DNA of 62,930 nucleotides, counting the filler, from Guillardia theta CCMP2712 (taxonomy: Eukaryota; Protista; Cryptophyta), in assembly GCF_000315625.1 (NCBI RefSeq). It is 4 parts of 4 records of this genome, joined end to end, with 100 filler letters (N's around TTAATTAATTAA, not from the genome) between each part and the next. Parts side by side here need not be neighbours in the genome. Positions count along the whole stretch, not along the records: positions 51,829 to 62,930 come from NW_005434283.1; 3 more parts are not named here. The stretch is one strand, 5' to 3'. Below, piece after piece: positions 51,829-62,930 of the stretch; the stretch's first letter is position 1, and each line of letters opens with the position of its first letter. Both the position numbers and the translations under genes were made by a program. Below the pieces are notes generated by a model. The model did no database searches. It had not been told where the DNA came from and saw only the letters and a program-made list of their open reading frames with translations.

Positions 51829-54420
51829 CTCCTCCTCCTCCTCTCCATGATGGAGAACCTCAAGCTGGTGAGCTCCTCTGTCCACGAAATCTCCGTTGAA
51901 GACGTAGGCTGCTTGAAGAGCGTCAGCCGTTGCGAGGGAGGAGGAGGGGGAGGAGCCTGTGGTCTCGATGTCTCCGCCATATTGTGTGGGAAAGCAGAAC
52001 CTGCGGGAAACGTCAGAGAAGCTCCTGCTCGACAACGGGGGTACCTCGAGAAGAGGAGGAGAAGGTCACGCAGCTGACCGTGAAGATCGCCGAAGATCTG
52101 AGAGGTGAGGAGATAGTGAGGAGACACAAGGAGGTCGCAGGGAGAAGGCGAGGGAGAGGAGAGACATGAGAAGAGGAAGACTGAGTTCTTGCCTTGCACG
52201 GGGAATTGACTCGAACGAGACTCGGCTGAGCGACGAACCTGACACGAGCAGCTCTGGGAGGCGTGAGCAAGGAGAAAACAAGAGCGGATGGTATGTGCAA
52301 ACAGCTCAGGCAAAGTAGTTGAGGATGAGAGCGAAGGCAAGGACAACGACAAGAACCAGGAGGAGGAGGAGGAGGAGGAGGAGGAGGAGAAAGGGGTCAA
52401 AAGAGGTGACCGGGAGAGCATGACGACTCGCTGGCTTAGTTCGCTCATGTTTTCGCTGCATCGTATGAGACTTGACAGGGATCAATAGACCTCACGTTCC
52501 AAGAAGAATTTGAAGCGAGCTCTTGACCATCCACTCCTTTTTCGGGTAGAAGATGTCAAGATGAAATGAGGGGAGTAACGGGAAGAGAGGAGGAGATGAA
52601 TAAGGAGGGAATTCAAGCCTCACTTGATCCAACATGTCGCTTTCCTCTCCCACAAGTTTCACGAGGTCCATTGCCTGCCTAACCTGCTTCTCCTCAGTGC
52701 TCTCAACCCTCCTGCTGTCTCCTCACCACTAGCGCTGCCAGCTGATATTCTTCCGTCCCCTCCCGCGCCTGCTCACTCTCACCAAAACTCTGCAGCCAAC
52801 CCTCCTCACCGCCAGAGGACCCCGCCAACAGAGCAACTGCTCTTGCGCTCCCTTGCTGCTCGTCCATCGTCACTCGAGCACCATGCTGGCTACTGAAGCA
52901 CCTCGGGTCCGGGAGCATGGCGGCATCAAGGACGAAGTCGTGATTGACAGCAGCGGCAGATATCCGATTCGAAATGCGATCGAACTCTCCGTCAGCCCGT
53001 GCAGAGACCTGAAGCAAAGCAGAGCTTCATGGAAGGAGCGCTAGGCAAAGAGGACGAGGAGAGAGAGAGAAGAGGAACAAGAAGGGAGCGATGAGAGATT
53101 GAAGCTCAAGGACAGAGACTGAGGACGGCAACCTCAGTGTCCTGTAGGACCACACGGTAGTCGATGCCGGCTACATCTGATCGCGGGTACTTGCGAGGGG
53201 TGAGTGGAAGAGAGGAAAGAAGGAGGAGACCTTGACATGAATGAGGTCATGGGGAGAGAGCAGAGCCTGTGAGATGAAGTGAGCCAACGACGAGACCTGG
53301 GAGGAGCACAGAGACGAGCAGCACCAGACCTTGTTGAGTAGCGAGCTATCAGCGAGACCCTGACGAAACTGATCCCGACTAGTTGAACTCAAACCTCCGA
53401 CAAGATGCAAGAGAAAGTCTCACGAGAGGACGCACGTGCGGTCGAGTCCCAGGATCTTCTTGATCTCCTCGCTGGGGTCAGAACAGCTCGCTCCGCCACC
53501 TCCTCACCTCTAGCACGTGCTTCCTCCCTCTGCAGAGGTCCTGGATGAACCTAGACTCCCCTCACCCCAGCACGAGCAACTTGCGACATCCCAAACCTCT
53601 CGATGCCCGCCTCAGACACCACGTCGCTCTGCCATGTGGAGTGAGAGGCGCAAGGAGACGTCTGGCCACCTTGTTTGCTCTATAGAAGTTAAACAAGAAG
53701 TCTGTCCTCAGCTCCTCCGTTCTTGGCACGCTCATCCCGTCCTTCACTCACAGCTTGTCCTTCACTCATCGTGACATGCTGGTGACAGTCACCTGGTCGA
53801 GGACGGCCAATCGGATGATCGCATAGTCTTCTTTCTCTAGATTTCTTGCGCCTCCCAGCAGGCTGTTCTTGAGATCGAAGCAAGCTCGAGCCGCCTGAAT
53901 CAGTCAGCAGCGCATCTACTCACCCGACGCTTCCGCACCTTCCTGCTGACCCCCCACTCTTGCTCTACCTGAAGCTCAGGTCACGTGACTGACGGCTGGA
54001 GCTCAAGTAAGCTACCGCTACTGCAAAGGTCTCTTCGTCGAGCTGGGCTGACCCTCCTCCAAACCTGCCAATGCATGAGAGGGGCAATGCAGAGCAAGAG
54101 TTCAACCGTGCGAACTCCTCGAATGCAACATCGCGCTGGCAGCAGACGCGTGAGGAGAACAAGAGCAGGTTGAGGAAGGGCAGCAACGGTTTCACCTTTG
54201 TTCGCAAAGCATCATTCAGTCCTGCAAACAAGCATTGAGCTCAAACCATTGCCGGCCACAGCCATACCCAGAGCTTGGAGGAGGCGATCTCTTGGAGGGA
54301 CATCCATACGCTGTTAGGACAAGCTACCTTCTCATAGCGTACGCGCTTGCCCTCGGAGTCAGCTGGAAGCACATTCACAAGCGAGCTCGAGATGTATCCA
54401 CTGCTCCTCCGAATCTTCAT
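51829..54420 (-). CDS. Ser/Thr protein phosphatase (PPP family) with long N-terminal region; 3' end truncated by the contig end
   Basis: IFGDLHGQLRDLLLLF, FPTQYGGDIET, YVFNGDFVDRGAHQLEV (GDxHG and GDxVDRG motifs). 5' extent uncertain. Confidence 0.85.
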
Positions 54421-54471
54421 AGTCTTCTCGATAGGCCACCATTCCTGTCTCCTCTAGTACCATTCTTTGCT

Positions 54472-54712
54472 TCAGCAGCAGCAGCAGCAGCAGCAGCAGC
54501 ATCATAATCACCATCACCATCACCATCACCATCACCATCACCATCACCATCACCATCACCATCACCATCACCATCACCATCACCATCACCATCACCATCA
54601 CCATCACCATCACCATCACCATCACCATCACCATCACCATCACCATCACCATCACCATCACCATCACCATCACCATCACCATCACCATCACCATCACCAT
54701 CACCATCACCAT

Positions 54713-54744
<32 letters not shown>

Positions 54745-54806
54745 TCAGCAACATCAGCATCACCAGCACCATCTTCTCCACCTCCTCCTCCTCCTCTTCC
54801 TCCTCC
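54472..54806. repeat. (CAG)n/(CATCAC)n/(CCT)n compound microsatellite
   Basis: Directly visible. Confidence 0.95.
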
Positions 54807-54809
54807 TTC

Positions 54810-55025
54810 ACACAGCATTCTCGGAATTGCCACCATTCCAATTCCCGTTGTGTTTGTAGTGCATATTTGGAGGGTGGGGGTACATCAATAAGGGGTGCTG
54901 GTGCACAAGGGGTGTGAATTTGTTGGAATGTGGTGGGGTAGTCACTTGATAAATAAGGGGAGTACTCAAAATAGAACCGGTTCGGGAACAATAATAGTGG
55001 GTAGGGGTATAGGTGTCGGAGGGTC
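54810..55025. other. GGGGTA motif patchwork in divergent promoter region
   Basis: gggtggggtac, ggtggggtag, gggtaggggta between the phosphatase (-) and PRMT (+). Confidence 0.55.
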
Positions 55026-55028
55026 GGA

Positions 55029-57105
55029 ATGCTGGTGACATGCTTGATGACAGCGATCATGGCGGGAGGAGGAGGCGGAGGAGGCATAGGCTGCATGGGC
55101 GGCATGGGAGGTATAGGGGGCATGAGGGGTATAGGGGGCATGGGAGGCATTGGGCCAAATGTACGAGGAATGGGGTGGGGAAAGATGCTCAAGTATCCGA
55201 TCACCAGCAACAGGCTTCGAGGTGGAGGCGGACAGGTGGGGAGCCGAGAATCTCTCATGCGTTTGTCGCTGATGCCTCTCTAGTCCCTCAAGCCACTGGC
55301 ATCGTCCCGTCAAGAGCAGCCGCAGGTCCGTCAAGCCCCACGTTCGCTGCTCGCCTGAGTTGCTCGGCAGTCTAGCGAGGGAGAGCTCACGAAGTCGCTG
55401 GGATCTTTGACGCTGGAGGAGCAGGTGAGAGGATGGCAGAGAGGAACGAGCAGGCAATGACGAGGAGGAGCTGTAGAACGAGGCCTCTTACTTCGACTCC
55501 TACTCTCACTTCGGCATTCATGAAGAGATGCTCAAGGACAGCGTACGGTGAGAGGGTCAGCGATACTGCCTGACCTTCTCTGCAGGTGCGAACTAAAGCT
55601 TACCAGGATGCCATCCGAGGAAACGCTCATCTTATCCGAGGCAAGGTTGTGCTTGACGTCGGTTGCGGCACAGGTCTGTGTATGCTATACTGTAAACCAT
55701 CCTAACAAGTGAGAAGGAATTCTTTCTATGTTCGCTGCTCAAGCAGGAGCGAAACACGTGTATGCTGTAGATAGCAGGTAGTTGCCGAGCCATTTGGCTG
55801 AGTGTCGACTGAGTCGTCTGCAGCAAGATGGCAGAAAATGCAAAGCAGATCATCGAGGCCAACGGGTTTCAGGACGTGATCACTGTGATTCAAGGGAAAG
55901 TGGAAGAGATCGACCTGCCGGTGGAAAAGGTGATACCTCGTATCAGACTTGTAGAAGCGCCTCCGAATCTCAGACGAGTGCCACTACTCAGCTCGTGTCC
56001 TGTATCATGTCTGACTTGAGGTGGATCTTTCAGGTCGACGTGATCGTATCAGAGTGGATGGGCTACTGCTTGTTGTTTGAAGCCATGTTTGACTCCATCA
56101 TCTATGCCAGAGATCGGTCAACCTCTACTCTCTTTTGTCTATACGCTGATTTACAATCAGCTGGTTGAGAGATGGAGGGATGCTCCTTCCTGACAAGGCC
56201 GAGTTGTACATCGCTGCGATTGAAGACGCCAAATACAAGGTGCCATGTCCGGAGAAGGCGATGGAGTGAAGGATGCGAGGCAGGAGGATAAGATTCACTT
56301 CTGGGAGAATGTCTACGGTTTCAACATGAGCCTCATGAAACGTGAGCTCCTCCTGACTTGTCTCGCTGCCTCATGCTGCCTTCAGGCGTGGCTATGTTCG
56401 AGCCTCTTGTGGATACTGTTCATCCCGATCACGTAGGCCGGTGAGGAAGTTGAAGGTATTGTGACGTGCAACTTGCGTAGATCTGCACTTCCATTCGCCC
56501 GCTGTGGAACGTGGACTTGCTGACAGTGCGTGAGAAGCGCTGTGAGAGATGTCAGTGACACGCGTGCAGGCGCAGAAGTCGGACATGCAGGTAGACGCGC
56601 CATTCGAGCTTCAGGCGATCAGAAACGACTACGTGCATGCACTCCTCATCTTCTTCGAAGTCGGCTTCACTCAGGTGAACTTGTCGCCTCCTCGAGGAGA
56701 CGTCTCAGCGGCCGAGCAGGGACACAAGCCCCTCTGGCTCTCCACAGGCCCTCATCACAAGTCGACTCACTGGCATCAAACGGTCAGGAGCGGAAGGCCC
56801 GGTGTTGCCTCACACATTGTGCAGGTGCTCTACCTCAATGATGTCCTCACCATTGCCAAGGATGAGCTCATCCAAGGGCACATCAAGATTTTTCCCAGCT
56901 CGAGTACCTCGAAGACTCTCGAGCTCGGCCCGACCTGACGCATTGCTGCAGCAAGCAAGCGGCATCTGGACTTTTCTCTCAACTATCAGTTCGATGGGGA
57001 GGTGACTCTTATCTCCTCTCAACTAGCTCCTGAATTCATTGACAGGCTGTCAATGGATTCGCCAACCAAACGCTCAACGCGTCGCAGTCATATCGGATGA
57101 TGTGA
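55029..57105 (+). CDS. PRMT1: type I protein arginine N-methyltransferase (PRMT1-like), multi-exon
   Basis: YFDSYSHFGIHEEMLKD.VRT; VVLDVGCGTG; VDVIVSEWMGYCLLFE (double-E loop); DYVHAL; STGPHHKSTHWHQT (THW loop); terminal QSYRMM*. Confidence 0.92.
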
Positions 57106-57349
57106 AGATGTGAGGGAGCGTATGACATGCAAGCAGTTTGAGCCCGCAACGATTTAAAGATCTTGAGATCATCTATGTTGAAGTCCAGTGCGAAGAGCAA
57201 GAGGAGTGATTCAGGAAGTATCGCCAGCCTGTTGAGCAAGTTATCCCTACCGCAGCATCTCACCTTCACCTTGCTCCGTCATTCGTTCTTCCCATGTGCT
57301 CTCATTCTTGGGACATGCCCGTCAGTCATGACACGAGGAGAGGCAAGGC

Positions 57350-59181
57350 CTCACTAGTCGCGCTTGCGTTAACTCAAGTCGGCATTCCACCGAGCACACT
57401 GATTGACCTGCATTCGTTATGGTCGCTCCTCATACTGCTCCTCCTCTCACCAGTCGCCTTCAGCTGGTATCGCCCGTACTGCCAAGGAGGATCAGAAGCA
57501 GATCGCAGAGGAGCTCAAGAGCGCACGCGTCGGCATCCTTCTACTGCACAGACCGGCTCTCCCTCCTTGGGCTGTCGCTGATCCGCACGGAATCGGATGA
57601 TCTTCTCTGTCCGACCCTGTGAAGGCTGAGGAGACCAAGCAGGGGCAGAGGGAATCATAGTGCTGACCTCTCCTGTGAACTTCCCCCCCCTCACGTGCTC
57701 AACACGCTCTCCTGAAGCTACTTCAGCTGGTGGCGACGTCCGACTAGCGGCTGGTGCTGGGTTGCTGATTGGTTGCTGCAAAGAGATCAGCTAGTCTACG
57801 AGGCTACTCTTGTCTCGACCTCCGAATGTCGAACAGGAACAACAGGGGGCAGGCTCGCAAGGTCGACTCCTCCTCGCTTTCCCTCTTTCACCTCACCATT
57901 GCTGTCAGCAGCAGCAGACCTCTCGAGGTGTAGCGCGACACCTCTGTGATTAGATTCGTCCTCTCCGCCACCTGAGCCTCAAACCTCCTCACGTCCGCGA
58001 GAGTCAAGCCGAACCACTCGTCGATCCAGCAGAACATGTTGCGATTGCCGTTGAAGAACAGATCCCGCTCGTACTGGTGCATAAAAGACTCCACCTGCCC
58101 TCCGATCATGTCCCACATCATTTCCATCCTTCTCTCCGTTATCCCCATCGTCATAAACAGCATCATAATCGTCTTATCAATCATCATCATCATCATCATG
58201 ATCTCCATCATCTTCATCGACATCATCATCACCATCGTCACCATCAGTAGCAGCTTCATCATCATTCACTCCGTCCTTCCATACCTTCGACTGTAAACCC
58301 CAATAATCGAACTCGCACGACACAAGTTTGTAGGCGCACATCACAGGGTCCACTCGTTCTTGCCATCCTCTTTCTAGCGGACCTCGTCCAGTTCTCTGCG
58401 ACCTAAACCTGAGCTCCATCAGATTCTACAGCTTCCCATGCCATCACCACCTTGCAGGGTCGTTATCAGCCCCATCGTACATCTTCGAGTCCTCTTTCCG
58501 CTTCTCAGCGATATCAATGTTGACTACTTCAAGCTTCTTCATTTGCTCCGAGCTGAGCTTGTGCACATTCGCTTCCTTGCCTCTGTCGCCTCGATGAATC
58601 GTCTCGATGGTGATCTTGAACTTGCTGAACAGAGGAAAGGTGACTTGTGTCAGCGTCTGTCAGCTAGTTAGCAACTTCGAATGCCCTGCGCATGCGAGCA
58701 TACATGCGGGTAACTGTTGTAACTCTCCTCTACCAAGCAGCTGCCGCTTTTAGGCGCGATCATCCTTGAGTGATGTCAGGAAGGAAGCTGATCGCATAGC
58801 AGCAATCACCTCAGCCATCCGGGAAACCTCCGGTCGATGTGGAAGAGCTTCCGCGTGTACTGACTCGCACCCAACCTGCCTCGGCATTCGTAAGAGCCAA
58901 CGAAAACAGAACAAAGCATTGAAAAGAATGCAAGGCGATGGCAAGAGACGAGGGAAGAGACGAGGGAAGTATCAGGCACCTTGGATGCGTGGCCGGGTGG
59001 TTTTCTAAAATTTCAACGCCTGCATGAAGCTGAGTATGAGATTGTTCTTGCTCTCTCCACCTGCTCCATCAGCCTGCTGTGCCTCCATGAGCTGAGTCCT
59101 CGCTGTCATGTACAGCTGAGCGATGCGGTACTCCTCCACTGTCACCGGCATCACTACCCGATACTCCTTCACCACCACCAT
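57350..59181 (-). CDS. phosphatidylinositol transfer protein (class I PITP / IP_trans), multi-exon
   Basis: [26 protein letters not shown]; [29 protein letters not shown]; [23 protein letters not shown]. 3' end approximate. Confidence 0.92.
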
Positions 59182-59435
59182 TTCCCCTTTCTGATCCTAT
59201 CCCCCCCTCATCCCCACCACAACCCTAGCCTGTTCAAGTTCAAGTTCAAAATTTGTCCGGACTCCGTCCGAGACTGCCGCCCCGCCCCGCCCCAGCCTCA
59301 GGCCGATGCGAGTCTCGAGCTACTACCCCCTCAAGGCCTTCCCGCATCGCTATGCTCAGATGCTCGACTGCTATCTACATGGCATGCCGATCTGCCAGTG
59401 TCCGACCCAGACGCCGCATACGGGCCGGGCTCGGA

Positions 59436-59905
59436 CTGTCCCTCACCTCTGCGAGCGAGCGCCAAAGACAGTTGGCGATTCATCAGTTCACTGCGGGTGA
59501 CCTTCATCGGGCGGTACGGACATCAAAGTTTACTCGCAGAAGGTAAAAAGTGCCTCAAGCAAAACAACTATAGCTGAATCTTTCGCTCAGATCTTTAGCC
59601 TGATCCAGGCAATCAAGCGCTACAGCTCCTTTGCGGGGACAGATGACCAAGGGTGGAGGATTCGGCAACACCTGTCACCCCTTTCTAGTCATCCTGCAGC
59701 TTTGAAGCTCTACTGCAACTTCAAACATATCCTCCAAGGGGTCCTTCTTGGCCGGATGCCGGATCTTCTTATTCCTGCCCTGTCAGCCATTCGTCGAGGA
59801 GGCAGATTTATTCCCCTCTCCAAGGGAGCTGATAAACCTGGTCTCTGATAGCTGGCGAGGCGTCTCCGCCCCTCGGGTGCCTCCGGAGAGCTCGACACCA
59901 CTGGG
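59436..59905 (+). repeat. scrambled duplicate fragments of the downstream retroelement region
   Basis: 59436-59522 = 61200-61286; ~59528-59567 = ~60665-60703; ~59596-59845 = ~61460-61704; ~59851-59903 = ~60600-60662 with a deletion. Confidence 0.9.
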
Positions 59906-60344
59906 GTGCTTGCTGCTGGTCCGAGCTCGCCTGCTTCCTCCCCGGCATCGGTCGGGTCACGTTCAAGGCTAGCGATCCGTAGTCAGCGAGGAGGGCCAAT
60001 GGAGGACTACCTCGAGCGGTACCGTGTTCCTGTGTCCAGCCTCCCCCCCCGGGCAACGCCGGCTCCTTGTCGGCGGCTGCCCTTTCTCCGTCCGCGGCCG
60101 CCAGCTTTGTGGCGGCAGGCTGAGCGGACGTCTCGACTGACACGGTGGTCAGTCGGCTGCCTCCGGGTATCGCGTCTAAGGGATTTTCTTCCTCCTGCAT
60201 GCTCCTGCTGCTTGTTGCTTGATTGCTTGACCCTTAGGCTGCTTTTTTTTTTTTTTTTTTGCTTGTCTGCTTGTCTGCGCGGCTTCGCGCTTGGGCTGGC
60301 GATGCCGGGTCTGGGTGCCAGCAGTGCTGGTTGTTTTCGGGCTT

Positions 60345-60772
60345 GTGTTTTGTGTGTGATTGTGCAGCTTCTCGCTGTTCGCTGTGTGCCCGGAGGTTTA
60401 GCTTGTTCCTGCTTTGTTATGCTTGAGGCACTTTTTACCTTCTGCCAGTAAATCCTATTGCTCCCCTGCATCCTGACACCCTCCGCTTCATCTGGTATCT
60501 GGCGGACATCCGATCATTGCTCAGCGCTCGATGCCTCTTGAGGATGCGGCGTTTGGTCGGCACTTCGTGCCTGATGACGGCCCTGCTGCTGAGGTCTTGG
60601 CTGCGAGGCGTCTCCGTCCCTCACTGTGACGTCGGGTGCCTCCGGAGAGCTCGACACCACTGGATTTACTGGCAGAAGGTAAAAAGTGCCTCAAGCAAAA
60701 CAAAGCAGGAACAAGCTAAACCTCCAGGCACACAGCACACAGCGAGAAGCTGCACAATCACACACAAAACAC
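60345..60772. repeat. ~110-bp inverted repeat, arms 60345-60455 and 60662-60772
   Basis: ...gcttgaggcactttttaccttctgccagtaaatcc versus ggatttactggcagaaggtaaaaagtgcctcaagc...; only a few mismatches. Confidence 0.92.
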
Positions 60773-60774
60773 GG

Positions 60775-61004
60775 AGCAGCTGCAACCGCCCCAGCAGCCC
60801 TCGCGAGGGCGGCGGCAACGGCAGAAACAGCAACGGCGGCGGCAGCCACATCCGCAGCCGCAGCCGCAGCCGCAGCCGCAGCCGCAGCCGCATCCGCAGC
60901 CGCAGCCGCAGCCGCAGCCGCAGCCGCAGCCGCAGCCGCAGCCGCAACACCACCGCCACCAGCAGCACCCGCAGCAGCAGCAGCCGCAGCCGCAGCACCC
61001 GCGT

Positions 61005-61036
<32 letters not shown>

Positions 61037-61125
61037 GCAGCAACGCCAGCGTCAGCAGCAGCGTCCGCGTCAGCAGCAGCAGCAGCAGCAACACCAGCAA
61101 CCACCACAGCAGCGACCACAACCGC
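60775..61125. repeat. (GCAGCC)/(GCA)n degenerate microsatellite
   Basis: Directly visible. Confidence 0.9.
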
Positions 61126-61199
61126 GCGGGCCGAGGGAGCAGCGGCAGTCCGGCCAATCGTCTCAGGAGTCTGAGCCTGCTCCTCCGCCGCGACCTACG

Positions 61200-62890
61200 C
61201 TGTCCCTCACCTCTGCGAGCGAGCGCCAAAGACAGTTGGCGATTCATCAGTTCACTGCGGGTGACCTTCATCGGGCGGTACGGACACTACTGAGCTCCGG
61301 CATCTACAGGGCTGAATCTTTCGCTGATCTTCTTGCTGAAGCACAAGAGAAGTTCCCTGATGGTGCGTCGCCTGCCTTTGGAAGTGCTTCCGCGGATCAT
61401 CTCACCCAGCAAGCGCTTGCAGTACTGCAGGTGGATTTGACTGACATCCTCGACACCACTAGCCTGATCCAGGCGATCAAGCGCTACAGCTCCTTTGCGG
61501 GGACAGATGACCAAGGGTGGAGGATTCGGCAACACCTGTCACCCCTTTCTAGTCATCCTGCAGCTTTGAAGCTCTACTGCAAACATATCCTCCAAGGGGT
61601 CCTTCTTGGCCGGATGCCGGATCTTCTTATTCCTGCCCTGTCAGCCATTCGTCGAGGAGGCAGATTTATTCCCCTCTCCAAGGGAGCTGATAAACCTGGT
61701 CTCCGGCCAATTGTCATCGGTTCTGCACACCGTCGACTCGCGACGAAGCTTGCTTTGGCAGCGATGCGAGTCGCTCATTTCTTGACCAGCACTTCCTCTC
61801 GTCTCACCCCAGGCTCGAGCGATTCAGTTCGGACTCGATCGAGACGGCTGTCTGAAGTTCTCGCAAAACCGCGTCAGCGCTCCCAGTGCCCCTTCACGCT
61901 CGCGGTGATGATGAGGATGTTGCCAACCCCACAGTGCTGGTGAGTTTGGATGCAAAGAACGCCTTCAACTCCCTCGACCGCCAGGCTCTCTTCGATGCAA
62001 TCGAGGGACGTGCGAGTCGCGACCACTTTGATGGGAGCATCACTGAAGGCGCTCGCTTGCCCTCTTGCGAGCATCTCCGTTTGTTCGCCTCCTACCTCTC
62101 CAGCTACTATGGAGACTCTGCTGACCTTCGACTCTTTCACAAAAGTCAGTCAGCCTCCGTTCAGTGTACCTCGGGCGTCTGTCAGGGCGATGTCCCCTCC
62201 AGCGTATTTTTCACAGTATCCACCCCCTGCTCCTCCATATCGCAGAGCTTTTTCCCTCTGTTCGAGTCTTGGCCTATGCTGACAACGTCGTGCTTGTCGG
62301 TCCACTCGAGGATGCCGTGCAGCTACTCCATCGAAGAAGTACATGTTAGCTGATCTGAAGCTAGAGATTCAACCTCGCGAGTCGAAAGTTTACATCCCCT
62401 CCTGGCATCAACACCCTGATCTCTCGCAGCTGAAGAAGAGCCTTAAGCGCCGTCTCAAGACTCAACTCCTTCACTTCGAGGTCGTCACTGGCGGGATTAC
62501 ACTTGGCGGCCTGCCTATCGGCACGGATGGATTTCATGCTAGTGAGCTCCGAGCGAAGGTTTCTAACCTCAACGAAGAGCTCTCGAAGCTCGGGCTCGTC
62601 CAGCATGGCTTCATGTTCAAGACGCGGCTCCATCTCCAGAAGCTTGACCTCTCTGTCCACCTGGCGCTTGAGAAATACCACCGCTGGCCTTCCTCGCAGT
62701 ACCTCGCCGCGCATCCCGACCTGCTAGAGTTTGCGAGGTTCAAGCGGGAGCTTCCGCATAGTCGGGGAGGGGACGAGTTCACGCCCTCTGAGGGTCTACA
62801 CCCCGCTGTTTACTATACGGCTATCGCTCGCTTCCTCGCTTGGTACTCTGACCAGCCCATGTCCCGGACGCTGACCTCTCCTCATAGCCT
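61200..62890 (+). mobile_element. degenerate non-LTR retrotransposon reverse transcriptase, CRE/SLACS-like
   Basis: G.D.GWR; GRFIPLSKGADKPGLRPIVIGSAHRRL; LVSLDAKNAFNSLDRQ; TSGVCQGDVPSSVFF; LAYADNVVLVGP; LKLEIQPRESKVY; GITLGGLPIGT. Frameshifts at ~61850, ~62215 and ~62335. Confidence 0.85.
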
Positions 62891-62930
62891 GGACGTTAGG
62901 GATTTTATTCCTCCTGCATGCTCCTGCTGC

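Noticed and set aside
54359-54859. Poly-His, VM and DG ORFs
   Set aside because: Frames of a (CATCAC)n microsatellite in an intergenic region.
60517-61293. SR-rich, LR-rich and poly-Ala ORFs
   Set aside because: Alternative frames of the GCAGCC repeat; no independent coding evidence.

Overview
Eukaryotic nuclear DNA, gene-dense, with many short introns and abundant microsatellites. The style and the TTTAGGG telomere repeat suggest a cryptophyte alga (inference, not proven). The window is four contigs joined by artificial N-TTAATTAATTAA-N linkers: 1-30538, 30639-49983, 50084-51728 and 51829-62930. Recognisable genes: katanin p60-like AAA ATPase, RCC2-like, GSKIP-domain protein, WDR70, choline/ethanolamine kinase, acetyl-CoA acetyltransferase, a BAHD-type acyltransferase, SHAQKYF-class MYB, YfiC/TrmN6-type tRNA methyltransferase, a zf-4CXXC_R1-like protein, a PPP phosphatase, PRMT1-type methyltransferase and a PI transfer protein. 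Most are arranged as tight convergent pairs separated by unusual motif-patchwork islands at divergent promoters. The most striking structure is at the left of contig 2. A degenerate Ty3/gypsy element is cut inside its integrase and capped by telomere repeats. Within that repeat array sits a ~4 kb element with no reverse transcriptase; it has 5' tandem monomers, an RRM-like ORF1-type protein, a 3' hairpin, AATAAA and an (AAT)n tail. It is a candidate telomere-repeat-specific non-LTR retroelement. Contig 4 ends in a CRE-like non-LTR reverse transcriptase preceded by a scrambled mosaic of its own fragments. Gene boundaries were read by eye and multi-exon coordinates are approximate.
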